Assembly: GCA_963805625.1 (NCBI GenBank)
Contig: CAWDVE010000013.1
Location: 256,001 to 320,000, forward strand
Origin: an uncultured Candidatus Rokubacteria bacterium
Lineage (GTDB): Bacteria; Methylomirabilota; Methylomirabilia; Rokubacteriales; DASRDR01
Reading direction: 5' to 3'
DNA: 64,000 nucleotides
How positions within the stretch are numbered: position 1 is the stretch's first letter; every line of letters starts with the position of its first letter. The notes below the pieces were generated by a model. It did not search any database. It saw only the letters and a list, made by a program, of their open reading frames with translations, and had not been told where the DNA came from. Positions 20,132 through 30,193 of the stretch are shown in pieces. A program made the translations under genes and the position numbers.

Positions 20132-20494
20132 GTGATGCCCGAAACCGAGATCCCCGTTCTCGTCGCCGTGTCGGTGGACCCGGAGACGTCGCACCGCGCG
20201 AACGAGGCCGTGCGTATCGCGCTCGGTATCCTCGCGGGGGAGAACGCCGTCACGATCGTCCTCCTGGGCGCAGGCGCCAAGGTGCTCGACGCGGACGTCG
20301 AGGACTACGTGGACGGGGAGGATCTCATGAGGCACCTGGGCACGCTCAAGAAGCTCGGCCAAGCGTTTCACGTCGAGCGAAGCGCCATGCGGTCCAACGG
20401 GGGCTGGAATCCGCTCGGCCTCGAGCTGCTGCCGATCGACCGGGCGGAGCTCGCGGGCCTTCTCGCGGGAAGCCGCCGGGCGCTTCTCTTCTAG
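20132..20494 (+). CDS. DsrF/TusC-like (DsrE family) protein
   Basis: 'DP..SHRANEAVRIALGI', DsrE-fold size, ends 'ALLF'; lies between DsrE-like and DsrH-like genes. Confidence 0.7.
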   Translation: MMPETEIPVLVAVSVDPETSHRANEAVRIALGILAGENAVTIVLLGAGAKVLDADVEDYVDGEDLMRHLGTLKKLGQAFHVERSAMRSNGGWNPLGLELLPIDRAELAGLLAGSRRALLF

Positions 20495-20500
20495 ACCGCC

Positions 20501-20764
20501 GTGCCGCACGTCCTGCACCTGGTCAAGGACCCCGGGAACTCGACGGCGCTCGAGGTGATCGGCACCCAGGCAGCGGACCCGAGCGTCCGGCTCTCGGTCG
20601 TGCTGATGCACGACGCCGTCCGCCTCACCGAGCCGCTGCCCGGCCGGATCTACCGCCTGCGCGACGGGCATCCCGACCTCCCTCCGCAATCCGGCTCGGA
20701 TGCGATCGGTCCCAGCGAGCTTCTCGACCTGATCTTCACGGCCGATTCCATCGTGACCTGGTAG
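20501..20764 (+). CDS. DsrH/TusB-like protein
   Basis: 'VLHLVK', 'VVLMHDAV' and C-terminal 'I...ELLDLIFTADSIVTW', typical of DsrH/TusB. Confidence 0.7.
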   Translation: MPHVLHLVKDPGNSTALEVIGTQAADPSVRLSVVLMHDAVRLTEPLPGRIYRLRDGHPDLPPQSGSDAIGPSELLDLIFTADSIVTW

Positions 20765-20776
20765 CGCTCCCGTCCC

Positions 20777-20986
20777 TCACGGATTCGCGCGGAACTCCTC
20801 GAGCCACGCCATCTGGATCGCCTCGAGCTTGCCTTCGGTCGACGCCTTCGGGTCGTCGGCGAACCCGGGCAGCTCGGTGACCCACCGATGGAGGTCGGTG
20901 AACCTCACCGTGAGGGGATCGGTGTCCGGATAGCGCTCCACGAGTGCGAGCGCGATGTCCTCGGTGTCCTGCCAGCCGATGCTCAT
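20777..20986 (-). CDS. iscX: Fe-S assembly protein IscX
   Basis: 'W.D..DIA.AL.E.YPD.DP..VRFTDL..WV..L.GF.DDP..S.E..LEAIQ.AW.EE'. Confidence 0.93.
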   Translation of the reverse strand: MSIGWQDTEDIALALVERYPDTDPLTVRFTDLHRWVTELPGFADDPKASTEGKLEAIQMAWLEEFRANP

Positions 20987-20999
20987 GGTCCCCGGCCCG

Positions 21000-21323
21000 T
21001 CACTCCACGATGTCGACGACCACGTCACCCTGCACGATCGCCTGGCAACCGAGCCTCGAGTGGAGGGTCAGACCCGTAGCCGTGTCGAGGCGATCCTCCT
21101 CGTCCGGCTCCATGGGCGAGAGGTTCTCCTCGCCCTGGCGGACGACGACGTGGCAGGTGGTGCAGGCGCAGTTGCCCCCGCAGTTGTGGTCCATCCGGAC
21201 CCCGTGGTGGAGTGCAATGTCGAGGAGCGATCCGGGCTTCCCGTGATCGCCATACGGGAAGTCCTTGTCGTCGACCTCCACGGTAACGTCGGCTGGCTTG
21301 AAGGTGACCCGGTACCGGGCCAT
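21000..21323 (-). CDS. fdx: ISC [2Fe-2S] ferredoxin
   Basis: 'CGGNCACTTCHV', 'SRLGCQ'. Confidence 0.9.
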   Translation of the reverse strand: MARYRVTFKPADVTVEVDDKDFPYGDHGKPGSLLDIALHHGVRMDHNCGGNCACTTCHVVVRQGEENLSPMEPDEEDRLDTATGLTLHSRLGCQAIVQGDVVVDIVE

Positions 21324-21325
21324 CG

Positions 21326-23221
21326 TCAGCGCGCCTCCCCCGCCGGCACGTCGGCGATCCGTCGCTCCTTGAGCGTGTCCCGGAGCACAGAATCCATCAG
21401 CCTCTCGGCCAGTTGCTGGGTTTCCCGATTCACGCGTTCCGTCGCCTCGCGGATCGCGCCAGCATCCTCTTCGTGACGCGCGCCCGCGAGCGCCGCCACG
21501 GCTTCGCGGATCCGCGCGGCCTCCTCGGCCCCGAGGAAATCCGCCCCCTGGACCAGCGCCTTCTCGGTCGCGCGCAGCACCGTGTCGGCCTCGTTCCGGG
21601 CGTCGATCAGTCCGCGGGCGCGGACGTCGGCCTCCGCGTGCTCGAGCGACTCGTCGATCATCCGCTCGACTTCGGCGTCGCTCAGCCCGTAGGTCGGGCG
21701 GACCTCGACGGAGGCCTGGGTGCCGCTGCGGACCTCCTTCGCCGTCACGCTCAGGATGCCGTTCGCATCGATCAGGAAGGTCACCTCGATGCGCGGCAAG
21801 CCCGCCGCCATGGGCGGGATCCCCCTGAGGTCGAATCGCGCGAGGCTCCGGTTGTCCGTCGCCAGGTCCCGCTCCCCCTGGACCACGTGCATGTCCACGA
21901 CGGACTGGCCGTCGACCGAGGTGGTGAACCCCTCGTGGGCGGACGTCGGGATTGTGGTGTTCCGGGGGATCAGCACGCTCACGGCGCCGCCCAGCGTCTC
22001 GATCCCGAGCGAGAGCGGCGTGACGTCGAGGAGGAGCATGTGGGTCGTCCCGCCGGCGAGGATGTCAGCCTGAACGGCTGCTCCGAGGGCCACCACCTCG
22101 TCGGGGTTCAGCTCGGAGTGGGGCACCCGCCCGAACAGCTCCTGCACCCGCCGCCGCACGAGGGGCGTCCGCGTCGCCCCGCCCACGAGGACGACCTCGT
22201 CGATTCCCTCGAGAGCCAGGCCCGAGTCGGCGATGGCGACCCGGCAGGGACCTAGGGTCCGCGCCACGATGGGGCCGATGACCGACTCCAGCTCGGCCCG
22301 AGTCAGCTCCCGCCGGTAGGTGAGGCCGTGCTGCGGCAGCGGCAGGGTGAAGACCGTCCGCTCCTCGCTGGACAGGAGGATGCGGGCCGCCTCGATGCCC
22401 AGGCGGATCTCCTGGAGCGTGTCCGCCTCGCCGGCGACGTCGACGCGGTGGCGGGCCCGGAGCTCGTCCACCACCAGATCGACCAGGGCGCGGTCGAAGT
22501 CGTCCCCGCCCAGGTGGGTGTCACCGTTGGTCGCGAGCACCTCGAAGATGCCGTCCTTGACCTTCAGGATCGAGACGTCGAACGTCCCGCCCCCGAGGTC
22601 GTAGACCGCGATCACGCCTTCCTTCCGCCGTTGGAGCCCGTACGCGAGGCACGCCGCTGTCGGCTCGTTGACGATCCTGAGCACGTCCAGGCCGGCAATA
22701 CGGCCCGCGTCCTTCGTCGCCTGTCGCTGGGCGTCGTTGAAGTAGGCCGGGACCGTGATGACTGCCTTCTCCACCGGGCGGCCGAGATGCCGCTCCGCGC
22801 GCGTCCGGAGGTCGCGGAGGATGAGGGCCGAGACCTCGGGCGGAGTGAGCTCGCGGTCACCGATCCGGATACGGACGATTTCCTGGCTCGGCGTGATGTG
22901 GAAGGGGAAGTAACGTAGCTCCTCACGGACGTCCTCGAAGCCCTTCCCCATGAAGCGCTTGATGGAGTACACCGCACGCTCAGCGTGGCGCACGAGCATC
23001 CGCCGCGCCGCATCGCCGACAACGGGACCCGCGGGCCCGAACGCGACGACCGAGGGTACGAGCCCACGGCCATCCGCGTCGCGAATCACCTGGGGCACGC
23101 CCCGGTCCATGTAGGCGACCAGGCTGTTCGTGGTCCCGAGGTCGATCCCGACCACCAGCTCCTTGACGCCTGGTGGGTCGGGCCGGGCTCCCGGGGCCAC
23201 GCCGATCGTCAGGTCCGTCAT
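21326..23221 (-). CDS. hscA: Fe-S chaperone HscA (Hsp70 family)
   Basis: 'GIDLGTTNS', '[19 protein letters not shown]', '[11 protein letters not shown]'; located in the isc operon. Confidence 0.9.
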   Translation of the reverse strand: MTDLTIGVAPGARPDPPGVKELVVGIDLGTTNSLVAYMDRGVPQVIRDADGRGLVPSVVAFGPAGPVVGDAARRMLVRHAERAVYSIKRFMGKGFEDVREELRYFPFHITPSQEIVRIRIGDRELTPPEVSALILRDLRTRAERHLGRPVEKAVITVPAYFNDAQRQATKDAGRIAGLDVLRIVNEPTAACLAYGLQRRKEGVIAVYDLGGGTFDVSILKVKDGIFEVLATNGDTHLGGDDFDRALVDLVVDELRARHRVDVAGEADTLQEIRLGIEAARILLSSEERTVFTLPLPQHGLTYRRELTRAELESVIGPIVARTLGPCRVAIADSGLALEGIDEVVLVGGATRTPLVRRRVQELFGRVPHSELNPDEVVALGAAVQADILAGGTTHMLLLDVTPLSLGIETLGGAVSVLIPRNTTIPTSAHEGFTTSVDGQSVVDMHVVQGERDLATDNRSLARFDLRGIPPMAAGLPRIEVTFLIDANGILSVTAKEVRSGTQASVEVRPTYGLSDAEVERMIDESLEHAEADVRARGLIDARNEADTVLRATEKALVQGADFLGAEEAARIREAVAALAGARHEEDAGAIREATERVNRETQQLAERLMDSVLRDTLKERRIADVPAGEAR

Positions 23222-23973
23222 CGGTCCGTCTGTCCTCCATCCATTTGGACGGTGAGCGTGACCCCCAGGTCGCGGAGGACCGTCCGCAGATACGCGCGGG
23301 TCGCGAGAATGTCACGCATCCGGCCGAGCACCCGACGGCGCGTCGCGGCGTCGCCTGCATCCCATTCCGGGAAACATGCGGTCAGCTCCGTCTCCGCGCC
23401 GACGCGCCGAGCCGCGAGCTCCGCCTGCGCCCCTTCCAGGCGGGCGCGGAGCGCGGGCGCCTCGTCGGCGTCAGCCGTCTGGAGCTCCATCCGCGCCTCC
23501 TGCACTTCCAGGATCTCCTCGAAGAGATCGGCCGGCGGCTTCGCCTGCCCCGCCGTGCCGAGCGCCATGCCCTCGAGCTCCAGGAGGTAGTCCACGCGAG
23601 TCACCGGATCCCGGAGCGCGCGGTACGCGGCGTTCACGGCCGCGGAGGCCTCGAGACTGATGGCCTGCTCCTCCGGAGACCGCAGGCGGAAGTAGTCCGG
23701 ATGGAGGCGCCGATTCAACCCGTGGAAGCGCTGCTCGAGGTCGGCCCGATCGAGGGCGAGCCGGCGTTCGAGCCCGAGCACGGTCCAGTGGTCGCTCCCC
23801 GCCGGAAATGGCTGGAGCCGGCCGCACTCGGAACAGACCTGCCCGTCGGCCGCGACCGCGCCGCAGCTCCAGCATTTCGATCCGTTCCGCTCGTCCGCTC
23901 CTACCACCACACTCGCCCCCAAACACCGACCGGGCCTCGGAGGAGGCCCGGTCAGATCGCTGTCCCGCTCCAC
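23218..23973 (-). CDS. hscB: Co-chaperone HscB with N-terminal tetracysteine motif (start uncertain)
   Basis: 'CWSC...CSEC..LQP', J-domain 'LHPDYF', '[15 protein letters not shown]'. Confidence 0.88.
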   Translation of the reverse strand: MERDSDLTGPPPRPGRCLGASVVVGADERNGSKCWSCGAVAADGQVCSECGRLQPFPAGSDHWTVLGLERRLALDRADLEQRFHGLNRRLHPDYFRLRSPEEQAISLEASAAVNAAYRALRDPVTRVDYLLELEGMALGTAGQAKPPADLFEEILEVQEARMELQTADADEAPALRARLEGAQAELAARRVGAETELTACFPEWDAGDAATRRRVLGRMRDILATRAYLRTVLRDLGVTLTVQMDGGQTDR

Positions 23974-24022
23974 CTCGAGTCAGGTCGGGATGCCGCTCGC
24001 CCCGCCCCCCGTCGTCAGAGAC

Positions 24023-24349
24023 TCAGGCCGTGAACGACGTGCCGCAGCCGCAGCTCGACTTCGCGTTGGGGTTGACGAAGGTGAAGCCACCGGTCAGACC
24101 CTGGGTGACGTAGTCCAGCGTCGTCCCGTTCAGGTAGAGGTAGCTCTTGACATCCACGACGACCTTCACCCCATCGACCTCGAACTCCTTGTCGTGCTTC
24201 CTGAGCTCGCTGTCGAACTGAAGATCGTAGGTCATGCCCGAGCACCCGCCCCCGCGCACACCCATACGGAGGAACGCGTGGTCGAGGCTCTGGGCCTTCA
24301 TGAGCTCCTTGACCCGGTTGACCGCCACCGGCGTCATCGAGACCGCCAT
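24023..24349 (-). CDS. iscA: A-type Fe-S carrier IscA
   Basis: 'GGGCSGM.Y', 'NPNAKSSCGCGTSF'. Confidence 0.93.
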   Translation of the reverse strand: MAVSMTPVAVNRVKELMKAQSLDHAFLRMGVRGGGCSGMTYDLQFDSELRKHDKEFEVDGVKVVVDVKSYLYLNGTTLDYVTQGLTGGFTFVNPNAKSSCGCGTSFTA

Positions 24350-24374
24350 GGTCGTCCGTCCTCCCCTCGCTCCG

Positions 24375-24791
24375 CTATTCCTGGCCCTGGGCCGTCACCG
24401 CCTGCCGCTCGGCCCACTTCTCCTGGAAGTCGCGGATCGCCGCCTTGATCGCGTCCTCGGCCAGGACCGAGCAATGGATCTTGACGGGCGGCAGCTTCAG
24501 CTCGTTCACGATGTCCGTGTTCTTGATCTTCAGGGCATCGTCGACGCTCTTGCCCTTGAGCCATTCGGTGGCAAGGCTCGAGCTGGCGATGGCGGAGCCG
24601 CAGCCGAAGGTCTTGAACTTGGCGTCCTCGATGACGCCGGTGTCCAGGTTGACCTTGATCTGGAGCTTCATCACGTCGCCGCACTCGGGGGCGCCGACGA
24701 GCCCCGTCCCCAGCCCCGGAGTGTCCTTGCCGAAGGACCCGACATTCCGGGGGTTGCTGTAGTGGTCGATCACCTTGTCGCTATAGGGCAT
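24375..24791 (-). CDS. iscU: Fe-S scaffold IscU
   Basis: 'YSDKVIDHY.NPRNVG', 'APECGDVM', 'GCGSAIASSS', 'LPPVKIHCS'. Confidence 0.96.
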   Translation of the reverse strand: MPYSDKVIDHYSNPRNVGSFGKDTPGLGTGLVGAPECGDVMKLQIKVNLDTGVIEDAKFKTFGCGSAIASSSLATEWLKGKSVDDALKIKNTDIVNELKLPPVKIHCSVLAEDAIKAAIRDFQEKWAERQAVTAQGQE

Positions 24792-24805
24792 GGGCGCCGT
24801 CTCCT

Positions 24806-26035
24806 TTACTCAGCCTTCCACTGGATGGACTTGATGTCCACGCCTTCCTTCGCCAGTTCGTAGAGCGGCGACATCTCGCGGAGCCGCTTCACGACGTCGA
24901 TCGTCCGATCGGCCACGACATCAACCTCCTCGCCGGTGGTGAACCGATGCAGCCCGTACCGGATCGAGGAGTGCGCGAGATCGGCTCCCACGCCGAGCGC
25001 CTGGATGACGTACGACGGCTCCAGGGTGGACGACGTGCAGGCTGACCCAGACGACAGCGCGACTTCCTTGTTGAGTCCCATGAGGATCGATTCACCCTCG
25101 ACGTAGGCGAACGAGATGTTGAGGGTGTGGGGCAGCCGGCGCTCCGGGTGGCCGTTCAGGTACGACTCGTCCACGGACGAGAGGATGCGATCCTGCAGCC
25201 GGTCCCTGAGCTGGGCCAGCCGCGCCCCCTCCTCGGACATGACCTCGCGGCAGATCTCGGCCGCGAGGCCAAAGCCCACCGCTAGCGCCACCGGCACCGT
25301 CCCGGAGCGGGCGCCGCGCTCGTGGCCGCCACCGTCGATCATGGGGGCGAGACGGACGCGCGGGTTGCGCCGGCGCACGTACAGGGCGCCAATGCCCTTG
25401 GGCCCGTAGAGCTTGTGCGCGGTGCAGGACAAGAGGTCGATGCCCATCTTCTCGACGTCGACCGGAATCTTGCCCACGGCTTCGGTCGCGTCCGTGTGGA
25501 AGAGGACACCCCGCTCCTTCGCGACCCGGCTCAGCTCCTGGACCGCCTGGATGGTCCCGATCTCGTTGTTAGCGAGCATGATCGAGACGAGGATGGTCCG
25601 GTCGGTGATGGCCTTGCGGAGCGCGTCGGGATCGACCACGCCCATCGCATCGACCGGCAGGTAGGTCACCCGGGCGAGTCCCTGCTTCTCCAGTCGCCGG
25701 CAGGGATCGAGGACCGCGCGCTGCTCCGTCACCGTCGTGACGATGTGGTCGCCCTTCTCCCGGTACATCTCCACGACGCCCTTGATGGCCAGGTTGTCGG
25801 CCTCGGTTCCCCCGGATGTCCAGACCAGCTCCTTGGGGTCGCGCGCGCCGATCAGCCGGGCCAGCTGCTCGCGAGCCCGCTCCATGCCTCCTTCCGCCTC
25901 CCAGCCGAAGGAGTGGTTGCGGCTGCCGGGATGCCCGAACTTCTCGGTGAAGTACGGGATCATCGCCTCGAGCACCCGGGGGTCAACGGGCGTCGTCGAG
26001 TTGCTGTCCATGAAGATCGGGAACTTCACCGCCAT
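24806..26035 (-). CDS. iscS: Cysteine desulfurase IscS
   Basis: 'TTPVDPRV', 'SRNHSFGW', 'AHKLYGPKG', 'SSGSACTS..LEPSYV', 'LREMSPLYE'. Confidence 0.95.
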   Translation of the reverse strand: MAVKFPIFMDSNSTTPVDPRVLEAMIPYFTEKFGHPGSRNHSFGWEAEGGMERAREQLARLIGARDPKELVWTSGGTEADNLAIKGVVEMYREKGDHIVTTVTEQRAVLDPCRRLEKQGLARVTYLPVDAMGVVDPDALRKAITDRTILVSIMLANNEIGTIQAVQELSRVAKERGVLFHTDATEAVGKIPVDVEKMGIDLLSCTAHKLYGPKGIGALYVRRRNPRVRLAPMIDGGGHERGARSGTVPVALAVGFGLAAEICREVMSEEGARLAQLRDRLQDRILSSVDESYLNGHPERRLPHTLNISFAYVEGESILMGLNKEVALSSGSACTSSTLEPSYVIQALGVGADLAHSSIRYGLHRFTTGEEVDVVADRTIDVVKRLREMSPLYELAKEGVDIKSIQWKAE

Positions 26036-26058
26036 GCGCCGTCTCCTCAGTGCTGCGT

Positions 26059-26505
26059 TCAGTGCCGCGTTGCGACGAGCCCCGCTGCGACGGTCGGCGG
26101 CTCGTTCAGGGTATTCATCGTCTCTAGGGTCATGGTCTCCAGGAATCGCTCGATACCGCTCTGGATCGCCAGCACCGGACGCCGGATGTTGCAACGCTCG
26201 AGCTGCGGACACTTCATCGTCCGGTAGCAGTTCACCAGACCGAGGGGACCCTCGATCGCCTGGAGCACCTCGCTCACCCGAATCTGGCTCGGGTCCCGGG
26301 CGAGGACGTAGCCCCCCTTGGGCCCGTTGACGCTCGCGATCAGCTTCCCCTTGGCGAGGCGCTGAAGGATCTTCGCGAGGAGCTCCGATGGGATCCCGAG
26401 GTCTTCCGCGATCCGCTTGGTATTGACCACGCCGCCGTGCTGGTGGAACGCGATATAGTGAACCGCCATCAGCCCGTAGTCAGCCTTCCTGCTGAACCTT
26501 AACAC
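26059..26505 (-). CDS. iscR: Rrf2 family regulator (IscR-like)
   Basis: 'SRKADYGL', 'LAKILQRL', 'S.NGPKGGY.LARDP..I...EV..AIEG'; three Cys (NCYRTMKCPQLERC); heads the isc operon. Confidence 0.8.
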   Translation of the reverse strand: MLRFSRKADYGLMAVHYIAFHQHGGVVNTKRIAEDLGIPSELLAKILQRLAKGKLIASVNGPKGGYVLARDPSQIRVSEVLQAIEGPLGLVNCYRTMKCPQLERCNIRRPVLAIQSGIERFLETMTLETMNTLNEPPTVAAGLVATRH

Positions 26506-26516
26506 CGACCCTCCTG

Positions 26517-26541
26517 ATCGCCGACCTAATTGGTCGGAGTT
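26517..26541. promoter_or_regulatory. Rrf2/IscR-type operator palindrome
   Basis: CCGACC-TAATT-GGTCGG inverted repeat resembling the IscR type 1 consensus (YYGAC-N7-GTCRR); lies between the promoter and the iscR start. Confidence 0.7.
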
Positions 26542-26542
26542 A

Positions 26543-26571
26543 AAGATGACATGCGGCCAGGATCCTGTCAA
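26543..26571 (-). promoter_or_regulatory. Putative sigma70 promoter of the isc operon
   Basis: Minus strand TTGACA-N17-CATCTT with TGn extension. Confidence 0.55.
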
Positions 26572-26769
26572 GGCGTCAACAGCCTGGAATCGCTGCCGAT
26601 TTGGCGACGGGGGACGGCTCCTGGCGGGGAACGGCAATCAACGTAGGATAGTGTCAATCAGCGGACGGAGGACGCCCGCACAGACGGCGACCCATCGCCG
26701 CCGGTGCCCATCGCCGAAGGCCCCGGGTGATGCCCCGCGGCAAGGACCCGGGCGAACGGGAGCCGCCGG

Positions 26770-27780
26770 TCAGCCCCGGGGCTGGTCCAGCGAACCCGCC
26801 TCCCGAAGGATGCGGGCTGCCTCCTCCGGGAGCATGTCGGTCACGGCGATGCCCGACACATCAGTTGCGTGCTCCGGCTCGACCAGGATCTCGAGGTGCC
26901 AGTGGTAGTCGCGCTCGATCGTGTCCCATTCCCCCTGCACGATCTTGACGGCGAGATTCGGCGCGGTGTGGAGCGTGATCTCGTAAGAAGGATCCCCGAT
27001 TCCCTTGGCCAGGAGCCCGCACAGGCTCTTGAGCAGGCGGGCGAGGTCTGCCACCTCGTCGGGCGAGACCGCCTCGAAAGCGCTCGCGTGCCGGCGTGGC
27101 AGGATCCGCAGCTCGAACGGCACCCGCGCCGCATACGGCACGAAGGCCGCGAAGTGGGGCGTCATCTGGATCAGCCGCTCCCCGGTAGCGGCCTCCTCCC
27201 GGATCGTGTCGCAGAACACGCAGCGCCGCTTGTAGGCGTAGTACTCGCGAGCCTGGGTCAACTCGGTCCGAAGGTCGTCGAAGACGATCGGCGCCGCAAG
27301 GATCCGCGAGTAGGGATGCCGGATCCGGGAGCCGGGTTTCCCGTGCCGGCGCGTCACGACGACGTTCCGGATCTTCAGGTCCCGCTTGAGGTCCTTCACG
27401 CGATCCCTGTACATCCACAAGACGCGCTCGATCTGGATCTCGTCGGCGCTCTGGAGCGTCATCCCATGGTCCGGGCTCTCCACCACGATCTCGCTGGCCC
27501 CACGTGTCGAGATCCGGTCGAACATCCCGATGCCCTCGCGGACCATTTCCTCCTCGATGACGAAGTAGGGGTCCCGCTCCGGAATGACCCGCACCTCCCA
27601 GCCGGCCTTGTGGGACCCCTCCGCCAGCGGACGGTAGGAGGCGATCTCGGGAGGTGTCAGGTGCTCGTTCCCCGGACAAAATGGACAAGCACCGTCGTCA
27701 GAATCCCCGTTGTTACGTACCCGGGGCCGGACGAGTACCCACTTCCCGGTCGCCGGATCCTTCCTCAGTTCACCCCGCAT
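26770..27780 (-). CDS. GalT-like (HIT superfamily) nucleotidyltransferase with altered active site
   Basis: 'ELRKDP.TG.WV', 'CPFCPGNE..TPPEI', 'EIVVESPDH', 'CVFCD', 'YHWHLEI'; HPH motif reads HPY. Confidence 0.85.
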   Translation of the reverse strand: MRGELRKDPATGKWVLVRPRVRNNGDSDDGACPFCPGNEHLTPPEIASYRPLAEGSHKAGWEVRVIPERDPYFVIEEEMVREGIGMFDRISTRGASEIVVESPDHGMTLQSADEIQIERVLWMYRDRVKDLKRDLKIRNVVVTRRHGKPGSRIRHPYSRILAAPIVFDDLRTELTQAREYYAYKRRCVFCDTIREEAATGERLIQMTPHFAAFVPYAARVPFELRILPRRHASAFEAVSPDEVADLARLLKSLCGLLAKGIGDPSYEITLHTAPNLAVKIVQGEWDTIERDYHWHLEILVEPEHATDVSGIAVTDMLPEEAARILREAGSLDQPRG

Positions 27781-27839
27781 CTCACCCCGCATCGACGCCA
27801 GACCCTCCACTTCGAATCAAAAAGGCCAACGGTGACGAC

Positions 27840-27869
27840 AGGATATGTAGTCACGCTCGACATTGTCAA
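27840..27869 (-). promoter_or_regulatory. Putative sigma70 promoter for the galT-like gene
   Basis: Minus strand TTGACA-N18-TATCCT. Confidence 0.55.
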
Positions 27870-28203
27870 GGAATGCGACCCCTCGAGTTCGTGTGACCGC
27901 GTCGCGTCGGCAGCCACCGCTCAGTAGAACATACGTGCAGAAGCTATGCCGGTCGGTCTGTCTTGACCGTGACGGAAGACGAGGGTGGGTGCCGGCGATC
28001 GGCTCAGGTCGACCGCCTCGCGTCCTGGATCGCGCGCCAGACGCGCTCCGGAGTCGCCGGCATGTCCAGGTGCCGAATCGCTTGACGGCCTGCCCGACGC
28101 CGAACGGCCCCATCACAGGTTTCCCGTGGAGGACGCGAGATCAGCAGACACCGCGGACTGGCCCGTCACTGCGGGACGCTGGACGATCAGCCGTGTGGCC
28201 GCT

Positions 28204-28418
28204 CTAGCGCGGCTCCAGCGCTGCGACGGCACAGCCGGTGGACCAGGCCGGAACCGGCTGATAGGCCAGCAGCGTGCCCCGCGCGTCACCCGCTGCGGCG
28301 GCGACGGTGATCCACGTGCGGATCTCGTGGCCGCCCGGCCCGGCCTCCGCCTCGAGCGCCTCCCGCGGATAGCGCAGGAACGTGTCGATGCGGCCACCGA
28401 TGCCTGATAGAGGCTCAC
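28204..28418 (-). pseudogene. Remnant of a LigB/MhpB-type extradiol dioxygenase (C-terminal about 65 aa)
   Basis: Minus frame reads GRIDTFLRYPREALEAEAGPGGHEIRTWITVAAAAG...LLAYQPVPAWSTGCAVAALEPR*; 'AG.GGHEIRTW' is characteristic; N-terminal bulk absent. Confidence 0.65.
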
Positions 28419-28598
28419 ACCCACGCGAACCTGCCCCGGATGCACACCCTTGTCAAGCCGGGCGCGCTGGGCCAGCTCTTCCGCGAGAATGTCGACCGGC
28501 GCTCCCCCTTCGGTTGCGGGTCATCCGGCGCTCGTCTATGATCGGCGCGCGATGACACCGGCGGGGCGCGAGCACGATCGCCGGGCCGGCGGGCAGAC

Positions 28599-29729
28599 AT
28601 GCTGATCCGGGGCGGCACCGTCGTCGACCCCGGCCAGGGGGTCCACGCCCGCCGGGACGTGAGGCTTGACGTCGAGCGCATCATCGAGCTGGGCGACGGG
28701 CTCACGCCCCGACCGGGCGAGGAAGTGGTCGACGCCCGTGATCGGCTGGTGCTCCCCGGACTCATCGACCTTCACGTCCACGTCTTCTGGGGTGCCACCC
28801 ACTACGGGATCGAGCCGGACCCGCACTGTCTTGGCACCGGGACGACCACGGTGGTCGATGCGGGCTCGGCCGGAGCGCACACGTTCGCCGCGTTTCGCCG
28901 CTACGTTATCGACGTGGCGGCCACGCGCATCGTCCCCTTCCTCAACATCGGAGCGACCGGAATGGTGTCGCCGGCCGTCGGAGAGCTCGAGGAGGTTCGC
29001 CACATCGACCGGGCGGCCGCGCTTCGGACGATCGAGGCCCACCGCGATCTGATCCGCGGGATCAAGGTCCGGTTGTCCCGTGATCTGGTGGGATCCAACG
29101 CCCGGATCGCGCTGAAGACGGCCCGCGAGACCGGCGAGGCGGCGAGCCTTCCGATCATGGTCCACGTCGGGGACACCCCGATCCCCCTGGCGGAGATCCT
29201 GAGCGAGCTGCGGCCGGGCGACGTGATCACTCACTGCTACCACGGGCGCGAGGAGGGGATCCTCGACGATCGGGGCGCGGTGACCCAGGCGGCTCGCCGG
29301 GCAGCGGCCCGCGGGGTACTGTTCGACGTGGGACACGGGAAGGGCTCGTTCAGTTTCCAGGTCGCGCGGCGAGCCATGGCTCAGGGGTTCCGGCCAGGGA
29401 CGATCTCCAGCGATCTCCACGTCTACAATCTCGATGGCCCCGTGTTCGATCTGGCCACGACCATGTCGAAGTTCTTGCACCTCGGCCTCTCCCTCGACGA
29501 GGTGGTGGCCATGACGACGGACGCCCCCGCCCAGGTGATCGGGCACGACGGTGCGCTGGGCACGCTGCGCCCGGGGGCGGCAGGAGACGTGACGCTGCTG
29601 GCGGTCCGGGAGGGACCGGTGACGTTCGAGGACACGGTGGGTGAGCGTTTGGAAGGCACCCGGCGACTGGTCCCATCCGGAGCGGTGCGAGCCGGCCGGT
29701 GGGTGCCCCCGAAGGCAGCCGAGCAGTAG
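28599..29729 (+). CDS. Amidohydrolase/deacetylase family metallohydrolase (dihydroorotase-like)
   Basis: 'PGLIDLHVH', 'TTVVDAGSAG', 'GIKVR', 'MVHVG', 'THCYHG', 'FDVGHG.GSFSF', 'ISSDLH'. Confidence 0.9.
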   Translation: MLIRGGTVVDPGQGVHARRDVRLDVERIIELGDGLTPRPGEEVVDARDRLVLPGLIDLHVHVFWGATHYGIEPDPHCLGTGTTTVVDAGSAGAHTFAAFRRYVIDVAATRIVPFLNIGATGMVSPAVGELEEVRHIDRAAALRTIEAHRDLIRGIKVRLSRDLVGSNARIALKTARETGEAASLPIMVHVGDTPIPLAEILSELRPGDVITHCYHGREEGILDDRGAVTQAARRAAARGVLFDVGHGKGSFSFQVARRAMAQGFRPGTISSDLHVYNLDGPVFDLATTMSKFLHLGLSLDEVVAMTTDAPAQVIGHDGALGTLRPGAAGDVTLLAVREGPVTFEDTVGERLEGTRRLVPSGAVRAGRWVPPKAAEQ

Positions 29730-30193
29730 GCGGCGAGCTACAGGTGATCGATCGCGTGGGAACCCAGGCGGTCCTGCGCCCGAACCACCTCAACCCGCCG
29801 TTCAACAATCCGAAGAACCGGCAGGCCCTTCTCTACGCGGTGGGCGACCAGAAGGATTACCTCGCCGCCATCATCGGCAACCCCGAGTACGAGAAGTCCT
29901 GCTGGCAGATCTTCATGTGCGGGACACCCCTCGGGAGCGACGCGGGAATCGGGGCGTGGACCACCAACTCCCGCGAGAAGAACATCGAAACAGCGAAACA
30001 GCTCCTCAAGGAGGGCGGCTACAAAGGCGAGACGGTCGTTCTCCTGGATCCCGCCGACACGCCTATTGCCCATGACGGCCCCTGGATGATCCTGTTCCCC
30101 GGCACGTTTCTGGCCGTCGTCGTGCTCGCCGTGAACCTGGTAGGGGACGGCTTTCGCGACCTGCTCGACCCCCGCTTCGCCCGCCGGCTCTGA
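29730..30193 (+). pseudogene. Chimeric remnant: internal fragment of a peptide ABC substrate-binding protein fused to the C-terminus of a DppC/OppC permease
   Basis: 'NHLNPPFNNPKNRQAL...AKQLLKEGGYKGE' (SBP family 5) runs in frame into 'PWMILFPG.FLAVVVLAVNLVGDGFRDLLDPR' (DppC tail). Confidence 0.75.

Noticed and set aside
27936-27952. Weak sigma54-like site (CGGCAT-N5-CTGCA, minus strand) upstream of the galT-like gene
   Set aside because: Several mismatches to consensus, and a good sigma70 promoter is already present.
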